From the NCBI RefSeq assembly GCF_000341395.1, contig NC_020304.1, positions 3,870,001 through 3,902,000 on the forward strand: a DNA stretch of 32,000 nucleotides. Direction: 5' to 3'. Positions 19,436 through 27,203 of this stretch are shown piece by piece. The position numbers and the translations under genes are program-made. How positions within the stretch are numbered: position 1 is the first letter of the stretch; every line of letters begins with the position of its first letter. The notes beneath the pieces are model-generated. The model was not told the origin of the DNA. It saw only the letters and a list, made by a program, of their open reading frames with translations, and made no database searches. Source of the DNA: Desulfocapsa sulfexigens DSM 10523. Lineage in GTDB: Bacteria; Desulfobacterota; Desulfobulbia; Desulfobulbales; Desulfocapsaceae.

Positions 19436-19582
19436 TTCTTGTCCTGTTTCGGGCATGTAAATAGAAATACGTAAATAACCGGAATCATGCACCTTCAAAA
19501 TTCTTTCGAAGTTTACGTCTATCTTGCCATGTTTCGAAAAGAATTTGCTAAAAGTACTTTCGCACCCCTCAAGTGTGAGATG

Positions 19583-21493
19583 CTAATCAGATACCGACTC
19601 TTTAACTTGCAATTTTTTTATCTTCATGCCCTCCTCCGGAGGAGCATCTATAGTCAGGGTCAAAATACAGGAACTATCTTTCTCCAGCTCCTTTCCGGCA
19701 ACGGGACTCTGTGCAACAATGCGCCCGGTGCCTCTTACCGTAACATTCACTTCAGCACTTTGTAACAGGCGAAGACCTTTACGTAAACTCAACCCTGTTA
19801 AATCCGGCATGATTTGTACCGGCTTCGCTGCGTTTGCTCCCCCATGAGCAACGGCTACAGTTTCGGTATCCGTCCCGGTTTTAAAATTGTGCTCTTCGCT
19901 TTCTTCCATCTCTACAACGTCTGCAATATTTCTATAAATCTGCTGCAATGCTACCATGGAAGGAAGTATCGCATCGACTCCTTCACACAAAGAATTTGCA
20001 GCCACCGCCGCACTCTCTGGCACCAGCAGTTCCTCATCCCTTGAAACAAGGAGAAGTATCATTTCCGGTTGTTCAGCTGGAATGACAACCAGCCCCATTC
20101 GATCCCGGACATACTCCCCCCCCGAATCATTCATTACCAGGGAAACAGTCTCACCACATAGCCTTCTTGATCCGAGTGTTCCTTGCTGCCCCTGCATGGA
20201 TAGCAACGTTCTAAGTTCCTGGGAGACAAGTGATGGAAACACGTTACGTCCTATGTCTTTATTATGAAAGACATCATAGAAGAATTCTCTTTGCTGGGGG
20301 CGTTCTATGATCCTGTCAAGAATGTGTGGTTGTATCTTTTTGCCACCATTCAAAAGATGGGTGAGTCCCAGTAAAACCTTCAGCGGTAGTGCAGTCTTGG
20401 GCACTGCTCCAAGGTAGAGATCCGGGCCAGTCCCCTCAAATCGAGGCAGAGTCGTTGCTTGTTTTTTACCTCCTGAAAAGTCAACATGAATATCTGTTGT
20501 CAACTGCAAACGTTCCAATAGCCTAAGCTGACTTGCAAAATCAACATTATCGCTAACCACACTCCAGGGATACACCTGAGTGCTCTGCTCCCAGCCAAGC
20601 TGCAGAAAAGATGCGTCTTGAAAAAACTTCCGAATTTCTTCAGGAACCACCATGGGAGTAAGAAAAAGATTCTCAAGAATTTCTTCCTGATGCTGCCAGA
20701 CATGATTGGGATTGAAGGGTGGGTAGCTTGCTCCGGCAACAATTTTCCCCTCTTCTGTGTCAAGCAACAGGGAAGTTACTCGTCCATCCCCCATTTTTTC
20801 GCCAAGACTTCTGACGTATTTTTCAAGGATAGCCTGGATTTTCATGTCCAGAGTCAAAACCAGGTCATGCCCCTTGGTACTTGTCTGGGCAAGCCCTTTT
20901 AAATCAATAGCCGGGATATCCTCCTGCCGGACACGATCCTGATTGAGAAGGCGATTATAGTAATGTTCAACACCTGAAAGCCCCAGATCATTCTCTGAAT
21001 ATCCAATCAGATGTGAAGCATATTCCTGCTGAGGATAATTTCTTGCCACTTCCCGATGCAGATAAATCCCTGGGAGCTCGAGGCCTGCAACAGCGTCTTC
21101 TTCCTCCTGAGAAATATCTCGGTGCAGCCAGACAAGGTGCGAATCCCGCTCCATCTTGGCAGTCAGTTCAGACTCAGAAAGACCGAGTGTTGTTGCGAGG
21201 ACTCTTGCCGTTTCTGAGATATGTTCCACTTCACGGGGGCGAACATACAGTGACACCCGTTCGAGGGTCCGGGCAAGTTCCTTAAAGTTTCGATCGAAAA
21301 TTGTTCCCCTATCACCATTCACGAACGGGGTCTCTGCAGGGAAAGTCTCCCTCCAGATATCAGCCATATTTGACAATTGCTGCCTGTATAGTATGCCAAA
21401 GACAAAACCAGCCAAAAGAAGCAGAAAAACAAAAAGGAGCCATATCCTCACTCTTCTATTGTTTTCTGTTTTAAGACGGGATCTCCTTGCCAT
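19583..21493 (-). CDS. ftsI: FtsI-like class B penicillin-binding protein homolog with apparently degenerate transpeptidase motifs and a C-terminal PASTA-like domain
   Basis: An N-terminal TM anchor is followed by PBP-dimer-domain motifs (RGTIFDRN, RNYPQQEYASHLIGY, GLSGVEHYYN). The position ftsL-ftsI-murE is canonical. The transpeptidase-like region keeps FNPN and SDN, but the SxxK position reads EEIRK. The C-terminal segment IMPDLTGLSLRKGLRLLQSAEVNVTVRGTGRIVAQSPVAGKELEKDSSCILTL looks like a PASTA domain. Confidence 0.8.
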   Translation of the reverse strand: MARRSRLKTENNRRVRIWLLFVFLLLLAGFVFGILYRQQLSNMADIWRETFPAETPFVNGDRGTIFDRNFKELARTLERVSLYVRPREVEHISETARVLATTLGLSESELTAKMERDSHLVWLHRDISQEEEDAVAGLELPGIYLHREVARNYPQQEYASHLIGYSENDLGLSGVEHYYNRLLNQDRVRQEDIPAIDLKGLAQTSTKGHDLVLTLDMKIQAILEKYVRSLGEKMGDGRVTSLLLDTEEGKIVAGASYPPFNPNHVWQHQEEILENLFLTPMVVPEEIRKFFQDASFLQLGWEQSTQVYPWSVVSDNVDFASQLRLLERLQLTTDIHVDFSGGKKQATTLPRFEGTGPDLYLGAVPKTALPLKVLLGLTHLLNGGKKIQPHILDRIIERPQQREFFYDVFHNKDIGRNVFPSLVSQELRTLLSMQGQQGTLGSRRLCGETVSLVMNDSGGEYVRDRMGLVVIPAEQPEMILLLVSRDEELLVPESAAVAANSLCEGVDAILPSMVALQQIYRNIADVVEMEESEEHNFKTGTDTETVAVAHGGANAAKPVQIMPDLTGLSLRKGLRLLQSAEVNVTVRGTGRIVAQSPVAGKELEKDSSCILTLTIDAPPEEGMKIKKLQVKESVSD

Positions 21494-21513
21494 CGACTAA
21501 CTGCAGTAAGTGC

Positions 21514-21879
21514 TCAGAACTTTAAGTACTGTTCCGAGACAGGAGTATGGATGGCCAGCTGATTACCAGCTGCCACTTCCACGGCCTCGGAGGAAAACAT
21601 ACGAGCTTTTTTTGCACGGAGTAAAATGTTTGTTGTAACCAGTTCGTTGTGAACGGCTTCGAGATTAGCAATTTCTGCACTAATCCGTTCTCTCGAGCCA
21701 TCCATGAGAGCAAAAGCTACACAAAGAAACAGCACTGCAACCAGTAAAACTTTTGTCAGCCCATACCAGAGTTGTTTGCCACCAGGAAGAGTCATGCTTT
21801 GACGACGTCCATACCCGTCATGACGTCGAAATGAATTTCGCCGAGGAATCATCGTATGGGCCGAAGGATTAATTATCAT
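21514..21879 (-). CDS. ftsL: Cell division protein FtsL-like (bitopic, coiled-coil)
   Basis: It is a 121-aa protein with one TM segment (VLLVAVLFLCVAFAL) followed by a short heptad-like helix. Its position between rsmH and ftsI is canonical. A GAGGTGA SD lies upstream of the ATG at 21879. Confidence 0.75.
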   Translation of the reverse strand: MIINPSAHTMIPRRNSFRRHDGYGRRQSMTLPGGKQLWYGLTKVLLVAVLFLCVAFALMDGSRERISAEIANLEAVHNELVTTNILLRAKKARMFSSEAVEVAAGNQLAIHTPVSEQYLKF

Positions 21880-21896
21880 GGTCTCACCTCTTCTCT

Positions 21897-22796
21897 TTAA
21901 ATTTTTTCCGCAACTCGCAATCGAGCACTGCGCGATCTTCTGTTTCGTTCTCGTTCATCAGGACTTGCGACAACAGGCTTTCTGGTAATGACCTTCAGTT
22001 CCTCGTTGTCACGAAATTTCCGTTTCACCATTCTGTCTTCCAAAGAGTGGAATGAGATGACACAAAACCGTGCTCCGGGTTTCAGGTATTCCACGCCACG
22101 TTCCAGAATTCCTGCAAGATTCTCAAGCTCAGTATTGACAGCTATACGCAGGGCTTGAAATACCAGTGTTGCAACATGAATTTTCTTGGGATGAAATCGT
22201 CTTGGCACTGCCTTCACAACAATGTCGGCCAACTGCTTTGAGGTGGAAATCGGCTCCAGCATTCTCTCTTGAACAACAAAAGAAGCTATCCTTCTAGCCT
22301 GCTTCTCCTCTCCATAATAGTAAAAGATATCAGCCAGTTCGTCCTCAGAACACTCAGCGAGAATAGCTGCAGCGGTCACCTCACGCCTGAGATCCATCCG
22401 CATATCCAGAGGTTCATCGCGCTGAAAGCTGAAACCGCGCGCCCCCATATCAAGTTGCAGGGATGAAAGCCCGATATCGATAAGGATGCCATCGACTTTG
22501 TCCACGCCAACCTCTGCCAGCCCCTCTCCAATCTCAGAAAAATTTCTTCTGACAATGGTCAGACGATCACCAAAACATTTCAGCCGTTCCCTACTCTTCT
22601 CTATGGCTGCGGCGTCCCAGTCAAAGGCAATAACACGCCCATTTGGTGAACTCTTGCGTAATATCGCCTCACTGTGACCACCCAGCCCCAAAGTCCCGTC
22701 GACATAGACCCCATCACTTCTGGGATCAAGCAGTTCAAGGGTTTCAGAAGGTAAAACAGAACAATGAATATCCGCTGCTTTATCCTGATCACTCAT
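21897..22796 (-). CDS. rsmH: 16S rRNA (cytosine1402-N4)-methyltransferase RsmH (MraW)
   Basis: The motifs HCSVLPSETLELL, YVDGTLGLGGHSEAIL, GILIDIGLSSLQLD and SFHSLEDR are typical of RsmH. The start overlaps the mraZ stop. Confidence 0.95.
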   Translation of the reverse strand: MSDQDKAADIHCSVLPSETLELLDPRSDGVYVDGTLGLGGHSEAILRKSSPNGRVIAFDWDAAAIEKSRERLKCFGDRLTIVRRNFSEIGEGLAEVGVDKVDGILIDIGLSSLQLDMGARGFSFQRDEPLDMRMDLRREVTAAAILAECSEDELADIFYYYGEEKQARRIASFVVQERMLEPISTSKQLADIVVKAVPRRFHPKKIHVATLVFQALRIAVNTELENLAGILERGVEYLKPGARFCVISFHSLEDRMVKRKFRDNEELKVITRKPVVASPDERERNRRSRSARLRVAEKI

Positions 22797-23263
22797 CAGA
22801 GAATTCCGAGTTTGGACAAGCCATCATCAAAACTGTCAAAATTCTCAAGAGTTCCCTTGATTTCAATCTCCCAGGCATCCTTGTCCCATATCTCTACCCA
22901 GTCACGCATACCGGTGAGAACGAGATCCGTACCAATTCGAAGCTCAGCACGCAGCGCTGCCGGAAGAAGAATGCGCCCCTGCTTATCAAGATTGCACTCC
23001 GTTACTCCAGACAAGACCCAGCGAATATAGCTGCCCATCTGAGGCTGTTCTTTCTGATCAAGGAGCTTGTCTTCAATAATTTCCCATTCGGAAACCGGAT
23101 AGGCACGGAGGTGAGCTTTCCAGGGGACAACCATGAGCATCCCGGAACCATACTGAGCCAGAACATCACGAAAGCGACTTGGGAAATTCAGTCGCCCCTT
23201 GTTGTCCAGACTGTGCTCAGATTTGCTGCGAAATCTGCTTTTTATGGTCTTCCCTGAACTCAT
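22796..23263 (-). CDS. mraZ: Transcriptional regulator MraZ
   Basis: Two SpoVT/AbrB-like repeats each carry the DxxGR motif (LDNKGRLNFPSRFR and LDKQGRILLPAALR). It is the first gene of the dcw cluster. The start is set to ATG 23263 (MSSGKTIKSRFRS...); the ORF-track GTG at 23299 lies inside the putative operator. Confidence 0.9.
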   Translation of the reverse strand: MSSGKTIKSRFRSKSEHSLDNKGRLNFPSRFRDVLAQYGSGMLMVVPWKAHLRAYPVSEWEIIEDKLLDQKEQPQMGSYIRWVLSGVTECNLDKQGRILLPAALRAELRIGTDLVLTGMRDWVEIWDKDAWEIEIKGTLENFDSFDDGLSKLGIL

Positions 23264-23269
23264 TCCTCT

Positions 23270-23304
23270 CCACCTGTTATCCACATCACCCCACTTCACA
23301 CCAC
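23270..23304 (-). promoter_or_regulatory. Putative MraZ operator made of phased GTGG direct repeats
   Basis: On the minus strand, GTGG occurs at 23304-23301, 23294-23291 and 23284-23281 (exact 10-bp phasing) and again at 23273-23270 (11 bp further on). The repeats lie between the predicted -10 box and the mraZ ATG. Published MraZ boxes are G-rich repeats (TGGGN / AAAGTG[T/G]) with about 10-bp periodicity just downstream of Pmra. Confidence 0.6.
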
Positions 23305-23314
23305 TATTGTAAGT

Positions 23315-23342
23315 TTTATATCAGATTCGCTCCCCTTGTCAA
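23315..23342 (-). promoter_or_regulatory. Sigma70-type promoter for the dcw cluster (Pmra equivalent)
   Basis: The minus strand reads TTGACA (23342-23337), a 16-nt spacer, then TATAAA (23320-23315). That is a perfect -35 and a 5/6 -10, about 50 nt upstream of the mraZ ATG and immediately upstream of the GTGG boxes. Confidence 0.65.
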
Positions 23343-23577
23343 GACATTTCACTTAAAATTACATGAAACTAAAGACACTTAGACGTAGAGCACAAACACA
23401 CACCATAAAGCGCACCCAGCAACCAAAACCACAACAGAACGTACAGAATGGGTATTTAACAGCACCTAAGGAAAAAGAGACACTCAGACAGAAAAGAAGT
23501 GAAGAGACTGAAAATACAGGATGATTAAAAAATAGCAAAAAGCACTCCTACAAAATATCTTTCACAGGTGGTGGAAA

Positions 23578-23625
23578 GTGGACAAAACAGTCGGAACAAT
23601 CTCATCAAGTGGAAGCAAGCCCTCT
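23578..23625 (+). repeat. Copy A of an imperfect ~46-nt direct repeat in the lemA-mraZ spacer
   Basis: Copy A reads GTGG-n8-GTCGGAACA-n13-GAAGCAA-n2-CCTCT. The same ordered blocks recur 180 nt downstream. Confidence 0.5.
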
Positions 23626-23758
23626 CATTGGCGCAAACTGCTACTGTTCGTCACACAATGCCAGGCACTATCAGAAAAGACTGCACTCGGTTCGGGAACT
23701 TTGCTGACCATGGGAAAGAACTCATGATCTTCGGAAATTATGACGACTACAACCCTAT

Positions 23759-23803
23759 GTGGGGATAGTGTCGGAACAGACGGGGAAATAGAAGCAAACC
23801 TCT
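23759..23803 (+). repeat. Copy B of an imperfect ~46-nt direct repeat in the lemA-mraZ spacer
   Basis: Copy B reads GTGG-n7-GTCGGAACA-n12-GAAGCAA-n1-CCTCT. The 9-mer GTCGGAACA lies at 23590 and 23770, an exact 180-nt offset. Confidence 0.5.
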
Positions 23804-24027
23804 TTGAAAAGACCCACTTAACGGAAAATCCGCTTACAACTATGCAGGCCAAAGCTTGGACTGCACATCGGACTCAGTCTTTGAACTAGACTTTTTCTAG
23901 AAAACAGGCTGCGCCCAACAGTACTTTCTGGGTCAGGGACAAGGCTATGTGGTTTTGGGTCAGGAAAATCAATACACCAAAGGAACTACAGTGAACATGA
24001 GGAAAAAAGCGATACTAAAGAAAGGAT

Positions 24028-24582
24028 TTACTTAAAATCAACGCTTGGCATCTCACGTTGGGTAGCCAGTTCCAGCGACAGGTAGTCCTGCTTCACAAAA
24101 CCAAACTTCTGCGCTATCAGAGAGGATGGAAAGGATTCCACAAGGGTATTGAAACGCCCGATGTAGCCATTGTAACGGTTCCTGGCCTCCTGGATTTCCC
24201 GTTCTATTTCATCGAGACTGTTTTGGAGATCAAGAAAATTTTCACTAGCTTTTAAATCTGGATAGGCTTCGGCAATGGCAAGCAGACCACCCAGAGATTT
24301 TGTAATTTTACTTTCCTTCTCCATTCGTGACGAATCTGTCCCGCCACTGAGTTGTCTTATCTTTTCTTCAAATATTTTGTTTTCATGAGCACTGTAGCCT
24401 TCAATTACCTGAACAAGAGTGGGAATAAGATTTGCGCGACGTTTTAACGCAACATCGATACGACTCCACGACTCTTCTATCCTGTTCCTATATCTGACAA
24501 ATTTATTATAAATGCCGACCATTATTACAGTAACTACAAAAACGATAAAAAAGATGGGTATAAGAAACTGTGGTGGCATCAT
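24028..24582 (-). CDS. lemA: LemA family membrane protein
   Basis: An N-terminal TM segment is followed by LemA-typical sequence YNKFVRYRNRIEESWSRIDVALKRRANLIP...AYPDLKASENF. Confidence 0.85.
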   Translation of the reverse strand: MMPPQFLIPIFFIVFVVTVIMVGIYNKFVRYRNRIEESWSRIDVALKRRANLIPTLVQVIEGYSAHENKIFEEKIRQLSGGTDSSRMEKESKITKSLGGLLAIAEAYPDLKASENFLDLQNSLDEIEREIQEARNRYNGYIGRFNTLVESFPSSLIAQKFGFVKQDYLSLELATQREMPSVDFK

Positions 24583-24602
24583 TTTCCTCCAATCATTTAT
24601 AC

Positions 24603-25439
24603 TTACAGGCCCAGAAGTTTTCGAAGATTTGAGTCACTGGAAAAGCTGTGATCAGCGTCGGGGTATGCCCCACTACGAACCTCTGCGTTATACTCAGATA
24701 CCGCCTCTTTTATGACTGGAGCAAGCTTGCAGTAGGATTTCACAAAACTCGGGATAAACTTATCAAACATCCCCAGGAGATCGTGGGTAACGAGAACCTG
24801 TCCATCACAATGCACTCCGGCCCCGATACCGATGGTGGGAATTGCAATCTCTTCAGAAATAATTCGGCCAAGTTCATCGGGAATACATTCAAGAACGATG
24901 GCAAATGCTCCTGCCTCCTCAAGAGCTTTGGCCTCTGCAACCATTCTCTGCGCTGACTCAAGATCACGGCCCTGCACCTTATATCCTCCCAGTTGAGTAG
25001 CCGTCTGCGGCGTCAACCCAATATGGCCCATGACTGAGATCCCAGCCCGTTCCAATGCCGTTACCGTCTCACAGACTTCCATCCCCCCCTCCAATTTCAC
25101 TGCGTCACAGCCGGCTTCCTTCAGAAAACGCCCACCATTGAGGATGGCATCACGCTTCCCTGACTGGTAGGAGCCAAAGGGCATATCACCAACTACAAAA
25201 GCTCCCGGTGCCCCCCGGCGGACAGCAGAGGCGTGATGGATCATCTCATCCATGGTCACGGGAACTGTTGAATCATAGCCAAGCACAACCATCCCCAGGG
25301 AATCACCTACCAGAAGCACATCCACATCGGCTGCGATCAGCATAGATGCCATGGCAGCATCGTAAGCTGTAAGCATTGTGATCTTTTCACCTTTTTTCTT
25401 CATGGCAAGGATGCCGGCTACAGTTTTCCGTTTCTGCAT
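24603..25439 (-). CDS. panB: 3-methyl-2-oxobutanoate hydroxymethyltransferase PanB
   Basis: The motifs MLTAYDAAMASM, LLVGDSLGMVVLGYDSTVPVTMDEM and VKLEGG are present, and the length is typical (278 aa). Confidence 0.92.
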   Translation of the reverse strand: MQKRKTVAGILAMKKKGEKITMLTAYDAAMASMLIAADVDVLLVGDSLGMVVLGYDSTVPVTMDEMIHHASAVRRGAPGAFVVGDMPFGSYQSGKRDAILNGGRFLKEAGCDAVKLEGGMEVCETVTALERAGISVMGHIGLTPQTATQLGGYKVQGRDLESAQRMVAEAKALEEAGAFAIVLECIPDELGRIISEEIAIPTIGIGAGVHCDGQVLVTHDLLGMFDKFIPSFVKSYCKLAPVIKEAVSEYNAEVRSGAYPDADHSFSSDSNLRKLLGL

Positions 25440-25442
25440 GTC

Positions 25443-26507
25443 TTATTCTCCTGTATCGAAGAGAGTCGGTTGGCGTTTCATACTGTTGGGGAGAGGCCGG
25501 CCAAAATGTTCATAGGCATTCATGGTCGCCATGCGTCCGCGCGGGGTTCTTGCTAAAAATCCGGACTGTATAAGAAAGGGTTCGTATACATCCTCAAGAG
25601 TATTCTTTTCTTCGCAGACTACAGTGGCCAGTGTTTCCAGACCGATAGGACCGCCCTGAAATTTATCGATAATTGAAAGCATAATACGCCTGTCCATATC
25701 ATCAAGGCCAAAGCGGTCCACATTGAGCAGTTCCAGGGCTTCATCAGCCACCTTTGCAGTCACTGTGGCATGTTTTCCAACTTCAGCGAAATCACGTACC
25801 CTTCTCAGTAAACGATTCGCTATTCGTGGTGTTCCCCGGGACCTGCGGCCAAGCTCAAGTGCGCCATTTGCATCCACCCGCATACCGAGAATGGAGGCGG
25901 AACGCAGAATAATACGAACCAACTCCTCCGGCTCGTAGAGTTCCAGGCGCAGGATAACGCCAAAGCGATCACGTAGCGGTGGGGTCAACAGGCCGGTACG
26001 GGTAGTTGCTCCGACCAGAGTAAAGCGGGGCAGATCCATTTTCACTGACCTGGCTCCCGGCCCCTGACCGATAATAAGATCAAGCTGAAAATCTTCCATT
26101 GCAGGATAGAGAATCTCCTCAACCGCATGATTTAAACGATGAATTTCATCAATAAAAAGGACATCACCTTCCTGAAGACTGGTAAGAATGGCAGCGAGAT
26201 CTCCCTGACGCTCTATGACAGGTCCGGAAGTCATCTTGATCCCGGCACCCATCTCATTAGCAATTATATGAGAAAGTGTTGTTTTTCCAAGGCCCGGGTA
26301 TCCATGAAAAAGAACGTGATCCAGAGCCTCACCCCGTGCCTTGGCAGCACGGATAAAAATATCCAGACTTTTGCAGAGCTGCTCCTGACCTACGTATTCA
26401 GCAAGGCTTTTAGGCCTGAGCGCATGATCGTGGCTGATAAGTTCTTCCTTTACTGGAGCAGGAGCTACAAGCCTGTCATTTGCCTGTATTTCTTCTTCAA
26501 AGTTCAT
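25443..26507 (-). CDS. ruvB: Holliday junction branch migration helicase RuvB
   Basis: The [12 protein letters not shown] motif, Walker [11 protein letters not shown], Walker [10 protein letters not shown] and the sensor region [18 protein letters not shown] are all present. There is a 4-nt overlap with the ruvA stop. Confidence 0.96.
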   Translation of the reverse strand: MNFEEEIQANDRLVAPAPVKEELISHDHALRPKSLAEYVGQEQLCKSLDIFIRAAKARGEALDHVLFHGYPGLGKTTLSHIIANEMGAGIKMTSGPVIERQGDLAAILTSLQEGDVLFIDEIHRLNHAVEEILYPAMEDFQLDLIIGQGPGARSVKMDLPRFTLVGATTRTGLLTPPLRDRFGVILRLELYEPEELVRIILRSASILGMRVDANGALELGRRSRGTPRIANRLLRRVRDFAEVGKHATVTAKVADEALELLNVDRFGLDDMDRRIMLSIIDKFQGGPIGLETLATVVCEEKNTLEDVYEPFLIQSGFLARTPRGRMATMNAYEHFGRPLPNSMKRQPTLFDTGE

Positions 26508-27124
26508 GCAAGTGTCCGCAGTCCTTCTCGAATGAGTTCTTCAACCTTCATGGCTGCGAAGGTTTCATCACCAAGTTGTTTTTTCACTCTTGTCATCGCC
26601 TCTCGAGCCACAGAATCGGGATAGCCAAGATTCACAAGAGCTGACAGGGCATCGGTTAATACTGCAGTCATACCCAGTGCGGTAACCGCGGAACCTGCTG
26701 CAGCTGAAACAGCTGAACGGAAATCTCCGACCTTGTCCTTCAACTCCACACAGATTCGCTCCGCAGTTTTCTTCCCAACTCCTGAAATAGTGGTGAGTCC
26801 CTTAACATCCTCCGTGGCAATAGCTTCACTCAGGGCATCCAGTCGCATTCCTGAAAGAATGGCGAGCGCAAGTTTAGGGCCAATTCCGGACACTGTTTTC
26901 AAGACAAGAAACATCTCTTTTTCAGAACGTTCAGCAAAACCAAAAAGGACAATGGCATCCTCCCGCACACTGGTGTGAATATGAAGGAAAATCTCATTTC
27001 CTCTTTCCGGTAAACGAGACAGGCCCTCCGTGGAGAGAAAGACCTCATATCCAACACCATTAACATCAATGACACATCTGTCCGAACCTATATATTGGAT
27101 TTTTCCTGTGAGTGATGCGATCAT
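26504..27124 (-). CDS. ruvA: Holliday junction DNA-binding protein RuvA
   Basis: The N-terminus MIASLTGKI...[10 protein letters not shown] and the helix-hairpin-helix motifs [13 protein letters not shown] and [12 protein letters not shown] are present. Confidence 0.94.
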   Translation of the reverse strand: MIASLTGKIQYIGSDRCVIDVNGVGYEVFLSTEGLSRLPERGNEIFLHIHTSVREDAIVLFGFAERSEKEMFLVLKTVSGIGPKLALAILSGMRLDALSEAIATEDVKGLTTISGVGKKTAERICVELKDKVGDFRSAVSAAAGSAVTALGMTAVLTDALSALVNLGYPDSVAREAMTRVKKQLGDETFAAMKVEELIREGLRTLA

Positions 27125-27203
27125 GATAGAGACACGATTCCATATTCAGGTTTTCAGGTTTCCGTTCAAAAGCAGGTACCTGTTCAGCAGTGCTGAGGGA
27201 CAG

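Noticed and set aside
19436-19498. The ORF track gives upstream-extended starts for murEF (TTG 19498), ftsZ (8088), murC (12823), the histidine kinase (4987), mraZ (GTG 23299), the flavoprotein (TTG 1926) and the thioredoxin-like gene (TTG 30859).
   Set aside because: These longest-ORF starts overlap upstream genes or contain the Shine-Dalgarno sequence of a downstream ATG. Internal ATGs with better RBS spacing and family-typical N-termini were preferred. The exact starts remain unverified.
23571-23590. GGAAAGTGGAC resembles the RNase P RNA P4 motif GGAAAGTCCGG.
   Set aside because: None of the other conserved RNase P blocks (for example ACAGAA..CGGCTTA or GGTAAGGGTGAAA) is present on either strand of the spacer.
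23761-23786. GGGGATAGTGTCGGAACAGACGGGG resembles the 5' end of tmRNA (GGGGCUGAUUCUGGAUUCGACGGG).
   Set aside because: There is no T-arm/acceptor 3' end (GGTTCGA.TCC...CCA) within 250-400 nt downstream, and a full tmRNA would run into the lemA coding region. The GTCGGAACA core is also simply one copy of a local repeat.
23568-23852. Small ORFs lie in the lemA-mraZ spacer (66 aa on +, 23568..23768; 75 aa on -, 23625..23852).
   Set aside because: Neither has a Shine-Dalgarno sequence or a recognisable motif. They overlap each other, and the plus-strand ORF begins at a GTG inside a GTGG repeat. I treat them as non-coding unless expression data say otherwise.
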